Shown: piece after piece, positions 37,020 to 45,557 of the stretch
How the letters are laid out: each line of letters begins with the position of its first letter
Numbering within the stretch: the first letter of the stretch is position 1
Assembly (NCBI GenBank): GCA_963719515.1
Contig: CAVRCJ010000014.1
Span: 192,001-256,000 of the forward strand
Origin: an uncultured cyanobacterium
Lineage (GTDB): Bacteria; Cyanobacteriota; Cyanobacteriia; CAKZMO01
Direction: 5' to 3'
Length of the DNA: 64,000 nucleotides
Notes under the pieces: model-generated
What the model was told of the DNA's origin: nothing
The model's database searches: none
What the model saw: only the letters and a program-made list of their open reading frames with translations
Made by a program: the position numbers and the translations under genes

Positions 37020-37859
37020 TTGGCCCTTCAGTTCGTCATCAACTACGAAGAGGGGGGCGAAAACTGCATTCTTCACGGCGATGCCGCATCGGAATCTTTC
37101 TTATCTGAAACCGTAGGGGCCACGCCGCTGCTGGGGGTGCGCAACCTAAACATGGAATCGATGTACGAGTACGGCAGCCGGGCCGGGTTTTGGCGGCTGC
37201 ACCGACTGTTCACCCAGCGCCAAATTCCGGTGACGGTGTACGCCGTGGCCATGGCCCTAGACCGCCACCGCGAGGCCGCCGCCGCCATGGTAGAGGCCGG
37301 GTGGGAGGTGGCCAGCCACGGCTATCGCTGGATTGACTACCAATACGTCAGCGAAGAGACCGAGCGGGAGCACATCCGCACCGCCATTGAGCTGCATACC
37401 CAGGCCACGGGCAGCAGGCCCCTCGGGTTTTACCAGGGGCGCGTCAGCCCCAACACCCGGCGACTCGTCATCGAAGAAGGCGGGTTCCTCTACGACGCCG
37501 ACAGCTACTCAGACGACCTGCCCTACTGGGTACAAGGCGGCGATCGCCCCCATCTGGTGATTCCCTACACCCTCGACAACAACGACATGCGCTTTGCCAG
37601 CTATCAGGGCTTCAATTCGGGCGACCAGTTCTTTGCCTATCTGCGGGACGCCTTTGATGTGCTCTACGCCGAGGGGGAAACCGCGCCCAAGCTGATGAGC
37701 GTCGGGCTACACTGCCGCTTGGCGGGCCGTCCGGGGCGAACGGCGGCGCTGGCCCGCTTCCTCGACTACGTGCAGGGCCATGACAAGGTGTGGATTTGCC
37801 GCCGAGATGCGATCGCCCGCCACTGGCATGATCACCATTTTCCTTCAGATCACGCCTAA
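37012..37859 (+). pseudogene. puuE: PuuE-type allantoinase (polysaccharide deacetylase family), 5'-truncated
   Basis: LALQFVINYEEGGE, ESMYEYGSRAGFWRL and HLVIPYTLDNNDMRF motifs. The usual PRDxxGYG..P.W N-terminus is absent; in-frame TAG at 36999. Confidence 0.75.
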
Positions 37860-37863
37860 AACC

Positions 37864-38817
37864 ATGTCGATCTACCATTCCGGCGACTACGTCATTAGGC
37901 CCATGACCCGCCTCGAAGTCGACCTTGCCATCGAGTGGGCGGCGGCGGCGGGCTGGAATCCGGGCCTGCGCGACGGGGACTGCTTTTACAAGAGCGACCC
38001 GGCAGGGTTCTTGGTGGGGCTAAAAGGCGGCGAGCCTGTTGCCACCCTTTCGGCGGTCAAGTATGGAGAGACTTTTGGGTTTATTGGCTTTTACATCGTT
38101 AAGCCAGAGCACCGGGGGCAGGGATACGGCATGCAAATTTGGAACGCCGGTCTTGCGTATTTGGGCGTAGAGCCCTCGGGTACAGAGCCCCTGGGTGTAG
38201 CGTCTTTGGGAACAGGGCGCACCGTTGGTCTGGACGGCGTCGTAGACCAGCAGGACAACTACCGGAAATCCGGATTCACCTTGGCCTACTCCAACGTCCG
38301 CTACCAGGGCGCTGGCGGGGGCGCTGGCTTGAACGATGACGACATTGTGCCGCTGGCAACGCTGCCCTTTGAGCAGGTGATCGCCTACGATCGCTCCTTC
38401 TTCCCTGGCGATCGCGCTGCGCCTGGTTCCTCTCCTGATTCTGCCTCTGTTTCCCCCCAGCGCAGGCGGTTTCTGCAGTGCTGGGTAGCCCAGCCCCACA
38501 TTGCTCTGGGCCTGATGCAGAACGGTGAGCTATTGGGCTACGGGGTGCTGCGCCGCTGCCGCCTGGGCCACAAGATAGGCCCCCTGTTTGCCGATAGCCC
38601 GGAGATTGCAGACCGGCTGTTCGCTGCGCTCCGGGGGCAGGCTCTTGCAGAAGACCCAATTTTCTTAGACGTACCTGCCGTAAATGCGGCGGCAGTGGAT
38701 TTGGCGCGCCGCTACGGCATGACGGCTGCTTTCGAAACGGCGCGGATGTACATTGGTCCCGCCCCCGATTTGCCGATGAATCGACTCTTCGGCGTCACTA
38801 GCTTTGAGCTGGGGTAA
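37864..38817 (+). CDS. GNAT-family N-acetyltransferase (YitH-like)
   Basis: IEWAAAAGWNPG, YIVKPEHRGQGYG, KIGPLFAD and FETARMY motifs. Confidence 0.85.
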   Translation: MSIYHSGDYVIRPMTRLEVDLAIEWAAAAGWNPGLRDGDCFYKSDPAGFLVGLKGGEPVATLSAVKYGETFGFIGFYIVKPEHRGQGYGMQIWNAGLAYLGVEPSGTEPLGVASLGTGRTVGLDGVVDQQDNYRKSGFTLAYSNVRYQGAGGGAGLNDDDIVPLATLPFEQVIAYDRSFFPGDRAAPGSSPDSASVSPQRRRFLQCWVAQPHIALGLMQNGELLGYGVLRRCRLGHKIGPLFADSPEIADRLFAALRGQALAEDPIFLDVPAVNAAAVDLARRYGMTAAFETARMYIGPAPDLPMNRLFGVTSFELG

Positions 38818-38932
38818 ATCCTTCCAAGGGTGGTGAAATATAGGCGTTGCCGTGGGTATGAGCTTTGTGCGGACAGCATCATGTCCGCACCGCCCGATCG
38901 TCGCCGAATTTTGCAGGAGCACCGCCGCGTCC

Positions 38933-39892
38933 CTACACCGCTGCTGGAACCCGGCCACGAATCTGGTCGTAGTTCTCCACAAACCAGGCGTACATCTCCT
39001 CAACCCCTTCCTTCAGCGAGGTCTCAGCCTCCCAGCCTGCCTCCCGCAGTCGGGAGACATCCAGGAGCTTGCGCGGCGTGCCGTTGGGCTTGGAGGTGTC
39101 AAACACCAGCTCGCCTTCAAAGCCCACCACCGCTTTCATCGTCTCCGCTAGCTCGCGAATTGAGACCTCTTTGCCGGTGCCCACGTTGACGAAGTCCATC
39201 TCGTTGTAGGTCTCCATCAAAAATACCAGGGCCTCCGCCAGGTCATCCACATACAAAAACTCCCGCAGCGGCGTGCCCGTGCCCCACACCGTCACCGTCG
39301 GCTCGCCCGCCAGCTTAGCCTCGTGGAGCTTGCGCATCAGGGCCGGCAGCACGTGGGAGTTGGCCAGGTCAAAGTTGTCGTTGACGCCGTAGAGGTTGGT
39401 AGGCATGGCGGAAATGAAGTTCGCGCCGTACTGCCGGTAGTAGTTTTCGCACAGCTTCAGCCCCGCGATTTTGGCGATCGCGTAGGGTTCATTGGTGGGC
39501 TCTAGAAAGTCCGTCAGCAGGTGCTCTTCCTTCATGGGCTGGGGGCAGAGCTTGGGGTAAATGCAGGAGGAGCCTAAAAACAGCAGCTTCTTGACGCCAG
39601 ACTTGTAGGCGCTGTGGATGACGTTGGCCTCAATCATCAAATTGGCGTAGATGAACTCACCGCGATAGGTGTTGTTGGCCTGAATGCCACCCACCCGCGC
39701 CGCCGCCAAAAACACGTATTCCGGCTTCTCAGCCTCGAAAAAGGCCTCAACCTCAGCCTGTCGCGTCAGATCTAGCTCACGGCTTGAGCGCACCACCAGG
39801 TTGTGGTATCCCTTAGCGTTGAGGGCGCGAATGATAGCGCTGCCTACGAGACCATTGTGGCCAGCAACATAGATTTTTGCGGTGGATTCCAT
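38933..39892 (-). CDS. fcl: GDP-L-fucose synthase
   Basis: [32 protein letters not shown] and [11 protein letters not shown] motifs. Confidence 0.95.
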   Translation of the reverse strand: MESTAKIYVAGHNGLVGSAIIRALNAKGYHNLVVRSSRELDLTRQAEVEAFFEAEKPEYVFLAAARVGGIQANNTYRGEFIYANLMIEANVIHSAYKSGVKKLLFLGSSCIYPKLCPQPMKEEHLLTDFLEPTNEPYAIAKIAGLKLCENYYRQYGANFISAMPTNLYGVNDNFDLANSHVLPALMRKLHEAKLAGEPTVTVWGTGTPLREFLYVDDLAEALVFLMETYNEMDFVNVGTGKEVSIRELAETMKAVVGFEGELVFDTSKPNGTPRKLLDVSRLREAGWEAETSLKEGVEEMYAWFVENYDQIRGRVPAAV

Positions 39893-40084
39893 AGCTGATT
39901 ATTTAACGGTAAGCAACGGGATTATACAGATATACATAAAGCAATCACAGCTTGATTATCTATTGCGGTGAGAGGTTAGTCCTTCGTTCGACTTGATCTT
40001 ATTCAAAAGTTCAAACTCTTGCCCGTTGGCGCACCGAGCCCGCCGAATCCCTAGTGGAGAAAGCCAGCAATTCGTTTATCCTTA

Positions 40085-40220
40085 GTATCGACGCGGTGTT
40101 GGTATCGACGCGGTGTTGGTATCGACGCGGTGTTGGTATCGACGCGGTGTTGGTATCGACGCGGTGTTGGTATCGACGCGGTGTTGGTATCGACGCGGTG
40201 TTGGTATCGACACAGTATTG
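40085..40220. repeat. 17-bp tandem repeat GTATCGACGCGGTGTTG, 7 perfect copies plus 1 degenerate
   Basis: Read directly; no spacers; last unit is GTATCGACACAGTATTG. Confidence 0.97.
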
Positions 40221-40294
40221 GCAAGATACCGACTCTACTTGTCTTCAGACGTACCCCACCCCCCCGGCTCACCCTCAACTTAAGATCAATTCCC

Positions 40295-41704
40295 ATGAAA
40301 TACGTCAGCACCCGTGGTCATGCCTCCAGCCTTACCTTCACCGAGGCGCTACTCACTGGACTGGCTCCAGATGGGGGGCTGTATCTGCCCACGACGCTGC
40401 CCCAGGTGAGTCCGGAGACCCTTACGGGCTGGCGGCAGCTGAGCTACGAGCAGCTGACAACCGAAGTGTTTCGGCAGTTCGCCGCTGAGAGCACCTTGGA
40501 CTGCCCAGAACTTCCCGAGCTGATTCACGCCAGCCTCAAGACATTTCGCCACGGGGCGATCGCACCCCTTGTTCAGCTCGACGACGGCGAAAACTGGCTG
40601 TTAGAGCTATTCTATGGTCCCACGCTAGCGTTCAAAGACTACGCCCTCCAGGTGCTGGGGCAGCTCGTGGGCCACCTGCTCAGGCAAACGGGGGAGCAGA
40701 TCACGGTGCTAGGGGCCACCAGCGGGGACACGGGGGCGGCGGCGATCGCGGGGATGGCGGGGGTGCCCAACGCCCAAATTTTTATTCTGCACCCCAAGGG
40801 CAGCGTTTCGGAGGTGCAGCGCCGCCAGATGACCACCTGCATTGCCGACAACATTCACAATATTGCCATCGAGGGCAGCTTTGACGACTGCCAGGATTTA
40901 GTGAAGCGGGGCTTTCGAGATGAAGATCTGCGGCGGCAGGTGGGGCTGACGGCCATCAATTCCATCAACATCGCCCGCATCGTGGCCCAGATGGTGTACT
41001 ACGTGCAGGCCAGCCTGCGGCTCGGCGGAAGCGGCGATCGCCCCATTCACTTCTGCGTCCCCACGGGTAACTTTGGCAATATCTTCTCGGCCTATTTGGC
41101 TAAGCAGCTCGGCGCCCCCGTCGGACAGCTGGTGATTGCCAGCAACCGTAACGACATTCTGCCCCGCTCCTACCGGGAGGGCACCATGGTGCTCAGCCGC
41201 ACGGTCTCCACCCTGTCCATGAGCATGGACATTCAAATCCCCAGCAACTTCGAGCGGCTGCTCTACCTGCTGGTGGACCGAGACCCAGAGGCTCTGTGCC
41301 AGCTGCTGCAGGACTTTCGCGCCAAGGGAGAATGTGCGCTTTCTGACAGCACGGTGAAGCGCTGGCATCAGGACTTTTTGGCCTACAGCGTAGACGATAC
41401 GCTCACGACAGCTACTATCGCCGATGTGCACCGGCGCAACGGGACGCTGATTGATCCCCACACCGCTGTGGGGGTGGCTGCAGCTCGCCAAGCCAGGGCG
41501 GAGGGGCTAACCGGGCCGCTGGTGAGCTTAGCCTGCGCTCACCCGGCGAAGTTTCCCAAGGCGGTGCAGGCGGCGACGGCAAAGAGCCCGAAGCTGCCGG
41601 CGTTCATGGCGGACCTGTTTGACCGCGAGGAGCGACTGGAGGTGCTGCCCAACTCGTTTGAGGCGCTGAAGCAGCGGATTCAGTCGGCGGCAGGGCAGTC
41701 CTAG
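40295..41704 (+). CDS. thrC: Threonine synthase (long, proteobacterial/fungal type)
   Basis: MKYVSTRG, GLAPDGGLY, LELFYGPTLAFKD, ATSGDTG, VPTGNFGN and AHPAKF. The 40130 start runs through the tandem repeat and is rejected. Confidence 0.93.
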   Translation: MKYVSTRGHASSLTFTEALLTGLAPDGGLYLPTTLPQVSPETLTGWRQLSYEQLTTEVFRQFAAESTLDCPELPELIHASLKTFRHGAIAPLVQLDDGENWLLELFYGPTLAFKDYALQVLGQLVGHLLRQTGEQITVLGATSGDTGAAAIAGMAGVPNAQIFILHPKGSVSEVQRRQMTTCIADNIHNIAIEGSFDDCQDLVKRGFRDEDLRRQVGLTAINSINIARIVAQMVYYVQASLRLGGSGDRPIHFCVPTGNFGNIFSAYLAKQLGAPVGQLVIASNRNDILPRSYREGTMVLSRTVSTLSMSMDIQIPSNFERLLYLLVDRDPEALCQLLQDFRAKGECALSDSTVKRWHQDFLAYSVDDTLTTATIADVHRRNGTLIDPHTAVGVAAARQARAEGLTGPLVSLACAHPAKFPKAVQAATAKSPKLPAFMADLFDREERLEVLPNSFEALKQRIQSAAGQS

Positions 41705-42462
41705 GAGGGCAAGAAGGCGAGCGGATTGCTCATGTTCTCCGCAAAGCCTAGAACACCGGGATCGCGGTGCTCGTACAGCAGCTTTCCCTGGGCGTCAAAC
41801 AAAAACGTGCCGCCCCGCTGGGTGAGGTAAGCCGCATCGGGCACATAGGTCTTCCAGTGGCCCAGCACTTCCGTCATATTGCGCAGCCGCAGCGTCGCCA
41901 GCTCAAAAGGCCGCTGAAACCCTCTTCCCCCCGCCAGCTTGAAGAAGTCTCCCTTTAAGGGCGGCAGCGGCCCGGCCTGCACCGTCTCCTCGTCACCAAT
42001 AAGCTGGGGCGCTTGGCGATCGCCCCGATAGCCGCGCAACACCTCCCCCAGGGTGCCGGGACTCCCGACGCCCGCACACATTATCATCAGGTTTAGCCAA
42101 GCAGACTGCCCCGGCTTGAGCCCCGGTAGGGCAATCGATAGGCCTTCGTATAGCCCCAGCTCTTGGTGCAGCGACGCTTCGGGGTCCACAAACAGATGCT
42201 CTGCCGGAAAGCCCGTGTACTTGCAGAACTGCTGACCAGAACCGCGATCGCCGATGCCCACGGCCCGCACCGCGATGTTTTCTTTCTGAAGGCGATCGCG
42301 TTCTCGACACAGCCACCAGGCGTATTCCAAGCTGTCAAAGTCCCCAAGCTGGGGCCAAAGTAGGACAAGCTGACGGGCACTGTGCTGTGCCAGAATGGAC
42401 GTCAGCTGACCGTCGCTGACGCGCTGGCGCTGGGCTTGGGACAATTGGGCGTAGATATCCAT
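41701..42462 (-). CDS. Peroxiredoxin-like (AhpC/TSA-2 family) protein
   Basis: LLWPQLGDFDSLEYA, RAVGIG and TQRGGTFLF motifs. Confidence 0.75.
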   Translation of the reverse strand: MDIYAQLSQAQRQRVSDGQLTSILAQHSARQLVLLWPQLGDFDSLEYAWWLCRERDRLQKENIAVRAVGIGDRGSGQQFCKYTGFPAEHLFVDPEASLHQELGLYEGLSIALPGLKPGQSAWLNLMIMCAGVGSPGTLGEVLRGYRGDRQAPQLIGDEETVQAGPLPPLKGDFFKLAGGRGFQRPFELATLRLRNMTEVLGHWKTYVPDAAYLTQRGGTFLFDAQGKLLYEHRDPGVLGFAENMSNPLAFLPS

Positions 42463-42681
42463 AGGAATGATTTGCGCAAAGGCTTAAAGCGGTCGCCAAG
42501 TCCTTTTACTGTAGCGCTATCCCCTGCTCTGGCTTAGCCGCCCTAGCCTGATTGCGATCGCTGTTTGGCTCACGAGCTGGGCCAGAGTGTTAAACTGTGT
42601 ATCGGTTGCAACAGTTTGAGCGGGAACCAGTCGCGTTCACCGGTTGCGCACGCTAATACCCCTCAGCTGGCTCTTGAGTTT

Positions 42682-43566
42682 ATGACTGCAGCGCTCTCTC
42701 GTGAACCAACCCCTTGGCAGCACGTCTTTGTGCAGACCAACAATATTCGCCTCCACTGCGTCACTCAAGGAGAGGGAGAGCTAGTGGTTCTGCTTCACGG
42801 ATTTCCAGAGTTTTGGTACTCTTGGCGACATCAAATTCCGGCCTTAGCGCGGCACTTTAAGGTCGTTGTTCCCGATCTGCGCGGCTACAACGACTCCGAT
42901 AAGCCCAAGACCGGCTACGACCTTGATACCCTAGCGGCCGATATTCGCGGGCTTGTGCAGGGGATGGGCTACTCTAAAGCTCACATTGTGGGGCACGACT
43001 GGGGCGGGGCGATCGCCTGGCATATGGCCCAGCAGTTTCCTCAAATGCTGCATCGGCTGGCCATCCTCAATGCGCCCCATCCGCAGGCCTTTCTTCAAGC
43101 GCTGACAAGCAACCTAGATCAGCTACGGCGAAGCTGGTACGTGGTGGCTTTCCAGGTTCCTGGTCTCCCAGAACGCCTGATTCGCATGAACCTCAAGAAC
43201 TTCGTCAAGATAGTCTTCCAAGAGCAGTCCATTCGCAAAGGCGCATTCACCCGTCAAGATACGGAAATCTACCAGGCGGCGCTCGAAAAGCCAGGGGTGC
43301 TCTCCGCCGCCATCAGCTACTACCGGCAGGTCCTCACGCCTCAACTTTGGCTGCGGCAGTGGCGCGGTTCCATCCCCATAACGGCTCCGACCCTAGTATT
43401 GTGGGGTGAAGACGACCATTTTCTCAGCCAGCGGCTGACCGAGAATCTGGGCGACCTGGTCAAGGCACCCTTTCGTCTGAAGCTTATTCCGCAGTGCGGA
43501 CATTGGATCCAGCAGGAAGTTCCACACACGGTCAACCGTGAGCTGCTAGCGTTTTTGCGCAGCTGA
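42682..43566 (+). CDS. Alpha/beta hydrolase (epoxide hydrolase-like)
   Basis: LLHGFPEFWYSWR, PDLRGYN, GHDWGG and GHWIQQE motifs. Confidence 0.9.
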   Translation: MTAALSREPTPWQHVFVQTNNIRLHCVTQGEGELVVLLHGFPEFWYSWRHQIPALARHFKVVVPDLRGYNDSDKPKTGYDLDTLAADIRGLVQGMGYSKAHIVGHDWGGAIAWHMAQQFPQMLHRLAILNAPHPQAFLQALTSNLDQLRRSWYVVAFQVPGLPERLIRMNLKNFVKIVFQEQSIRKGAFTRQDTEIYQAALEKPGVLSAAISYYRQVLTPQLWLRQWRGSIPITAPTLVLWGEDDHFLSQRLTENLGDLVKAPFRLKLIPQCGHWIQQEVPHTVNRELLAFLRS

Positions 43567-44090
43567 GGGTAGACCTAGGCGGCTAGCGGCCCGCGCGTGG
43601 TCGCCCTGCTGGCCCATACCTCGTCGCATTTAGTACCTTTTCGTAAACCTACACGAAAACTTCAACGATCTTTCACAGTAGAGACTCAAGATGCCGACTA
43701 AGGTAGAGGGAGCCTCTACACAGATTGCCATGGCTTGGATCTGAATATCCACAAAGGGGGCTTGCCTCTTCTGCGGCTGTAGCTCACTTTCGAGAGTACA
43801 ACTCACGACTCTAGCCCGGATTACGTCTGATCTGTGATACCACCCTGAGACAGATTCCTAGTTTTCAGCCCTGAGTTGTGGAGACTTCTCAAATTATGTG
43901 AAGACTAGCTGATGGGTATAGCGTGATTTTGGCGTGAATCAAATATTCAATCTAGACTAAGTACTCTAAATCTAAGGCAGACAGGGCTTCTACTGTTTTT
44001 AACCACTGCTTCAAAGTATTTACAAACTACCCTAGGCTAAAGCGTCTGTACTAACTGTTGTCAATATAAGAAAAGCGCATTACAAGCCCA

Positions 44091-45065
44091 ATGATCCAAA
44101 CAACGGTCTCAGATAAGTTGTGCTCCATTAAGATTCCACCGTTATTCACGGTAGTCGAGACGGTTCAGTTTGTAGAAAAGTTCAAGGAGATCTGCGAAAG
44201 CAACGACTCAATTTCCAGAATAAATCTTGACTTTAATCAGACTAATTTCATGGACAGCAGCGGTATTGGAACGCTGGTTGTCTGCCGTAAAATAGCGCAG
44301 CAAGAGAAAATAGACCTCGTACTGATCAATGTCTCAGCGCCGGTGATGATGGCGCTTTCTCTAACGGCCTTAGACCAAATATTTACCATTGAGAAAGCTC
44401 AGAACGTCTCAGACCTGCCGGTTTCTCGCCAAAATACCGAGCAACTCATCGCCACCCATCCATCGGTGAAGTCTAGGGCCAAGCGGCTGATTGACATTAT
44501 AGGAGCCTTGGTGGGTCTAGGAATCACGGCAATACTATTTATTCCGATTACGCTGGCAATTTTGATCGACAACCCCGGCCCTATTTTCTTTCGGCAGGAG
44601 CGCTGCTCTTGGATGGGGCAACGGTTTAAGATTTGGAAGTTTCGCTCCATGGTCATTGACGCCGAGGCGCTCAAGGAGCAGGTCAAAAATGAGGTTGATG
44701 GACCACTATTCAAAAACAAGAACGACCCCCGAATCACTCAGGTGGGTCGATTTTTGCGGAAGTCGAGCCTCGACGAGCTCCCTCAATTTTGGAACGTTCT
44801 GAAAGGGGAAATGAGCCTGGTGGGGACGCGCCCTCCCACCCCAAGTGAGCTAGAGGCCTATGAGGTTTCTCAGTGGCAGCGGCTTGACGTCAAGCCGGGC
44901 ATGACCGGCGAATGGCAGGTCAACGGACGGTCAAGCGTCACAAGCTTTGAGGACGTTATCAAAATGGACCTGCAATACCAGGAAAACTGGAGTCTGATGT
45001 ACGATCTCAAGCTGATTTTTAGGACGGTTGCCGTTCTTTTTGACAAGCGAAGCGGCGCGTACTAG
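44091..45065 (+). CDS. STAS-domain / priming sugar transferase fusion
   Basis: N-terminal LDFNQTNFMDSSGIGTL (STAS); C-terminal KRLIDI, KFRSM, DPRITQVGRFLRKSSLDELPQ and VKPGMTG. Confidence 0.9.
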   Translation: MIQTTVSDKLCSIKIPPLFTVVETVQFVEKFKEICESNDSISRINLDFNQTNFMDSSGIGTLVVCRKIAQQEKIDLVLINVSAPVMMALSLTALDQIFTIEKAQNVSDLPVSRQNTEQLIATHPSVKSRAKRLIDIIGALVGLGITAILFIPITLAILIDNPGPIFFRQERCSWMGQRFKIWKFRSMVIDAEALKEQVKNEVDGPLFKNKNDPRITQVGRFLRKSSLDELPQFWNVLKGEMSLVGTRPPTPSELEAYEVSQWQRLDVKPGMTGEWQVNGRSSVTSFEDVIKMDLQYQENWSLMYDLKLIFRTVAVLFDKRSGAY

Positions 45066-45097
45066 ACAAGCTACTAAAGAGCTAAGTGCGTGGCTAA

Positions 45098-45137
45098 AAC
45101 TAAACCTGTGGGGGGCGACCTCTCCACAGGTTTAGTT
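45098..45137. terminator. Hairpin after the STAS-sugar transferase gene
   Basis: AACTAAACCTGTGG-loop-CCACAGGTTTAGTT. Confidence 0.75.
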
Positions 45138-45263
45138 CTGGCTATCTACCTATAGGTAAATGGTGATATTAGGTAAAACGTAGGGCCGTCGCTGTTGCGA
45201 AGTATACCAGCTGTCCCCTGCCTTAGCACTCTCGCCACCACAATAAGACTGTGCGCTCAGAAT

Positions 45264-45306
45264 GACGCCGCTGATCCTGGCACACCAAGATCAGCGGCGT
45301 CGTTTT
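45264..45306 (+). terminator. Second strong hairpin upstream of wzc
   Basis: GACGCCGCTGATC-loop-GATCAGCGGCGTC followed by GTTTT. Confidence 0.65.
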
Positions 45307-45557
45307 GTATGGCTTGTGCCGCTGGGGATCAAGGGTTCGGCTCAAAGCATTACGGTAAATAAGCCCCAGGATAAGTAAATGTTCTAGGACCTCAGGGCAC
45401 TTGCTATACTGCCCTGCCGAAGGATTATACCAATTGTTCGGGTTTAGTGAACCAAGGTTGTAAAACGTACAGAAGGGGCTGCTACAGCTGCCCAGTAGTC
45501 TATGTTCTTCTGACAGGATGTCAGCCGTCCAAATGACCTCAATCCGTAAGGGTTCCT

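Noticed and set aside
40085..40220. CRISPR array
   Set aside because: Contiguous 17-bp units with no unique spacers, and no cas genes in the window.
40051..40488. Repeat-rich ORFs and the N-terminal extension of thrC
   Set aside because: They arise from the stop-free tandem repeat; ThrC similarity begins at 40295.
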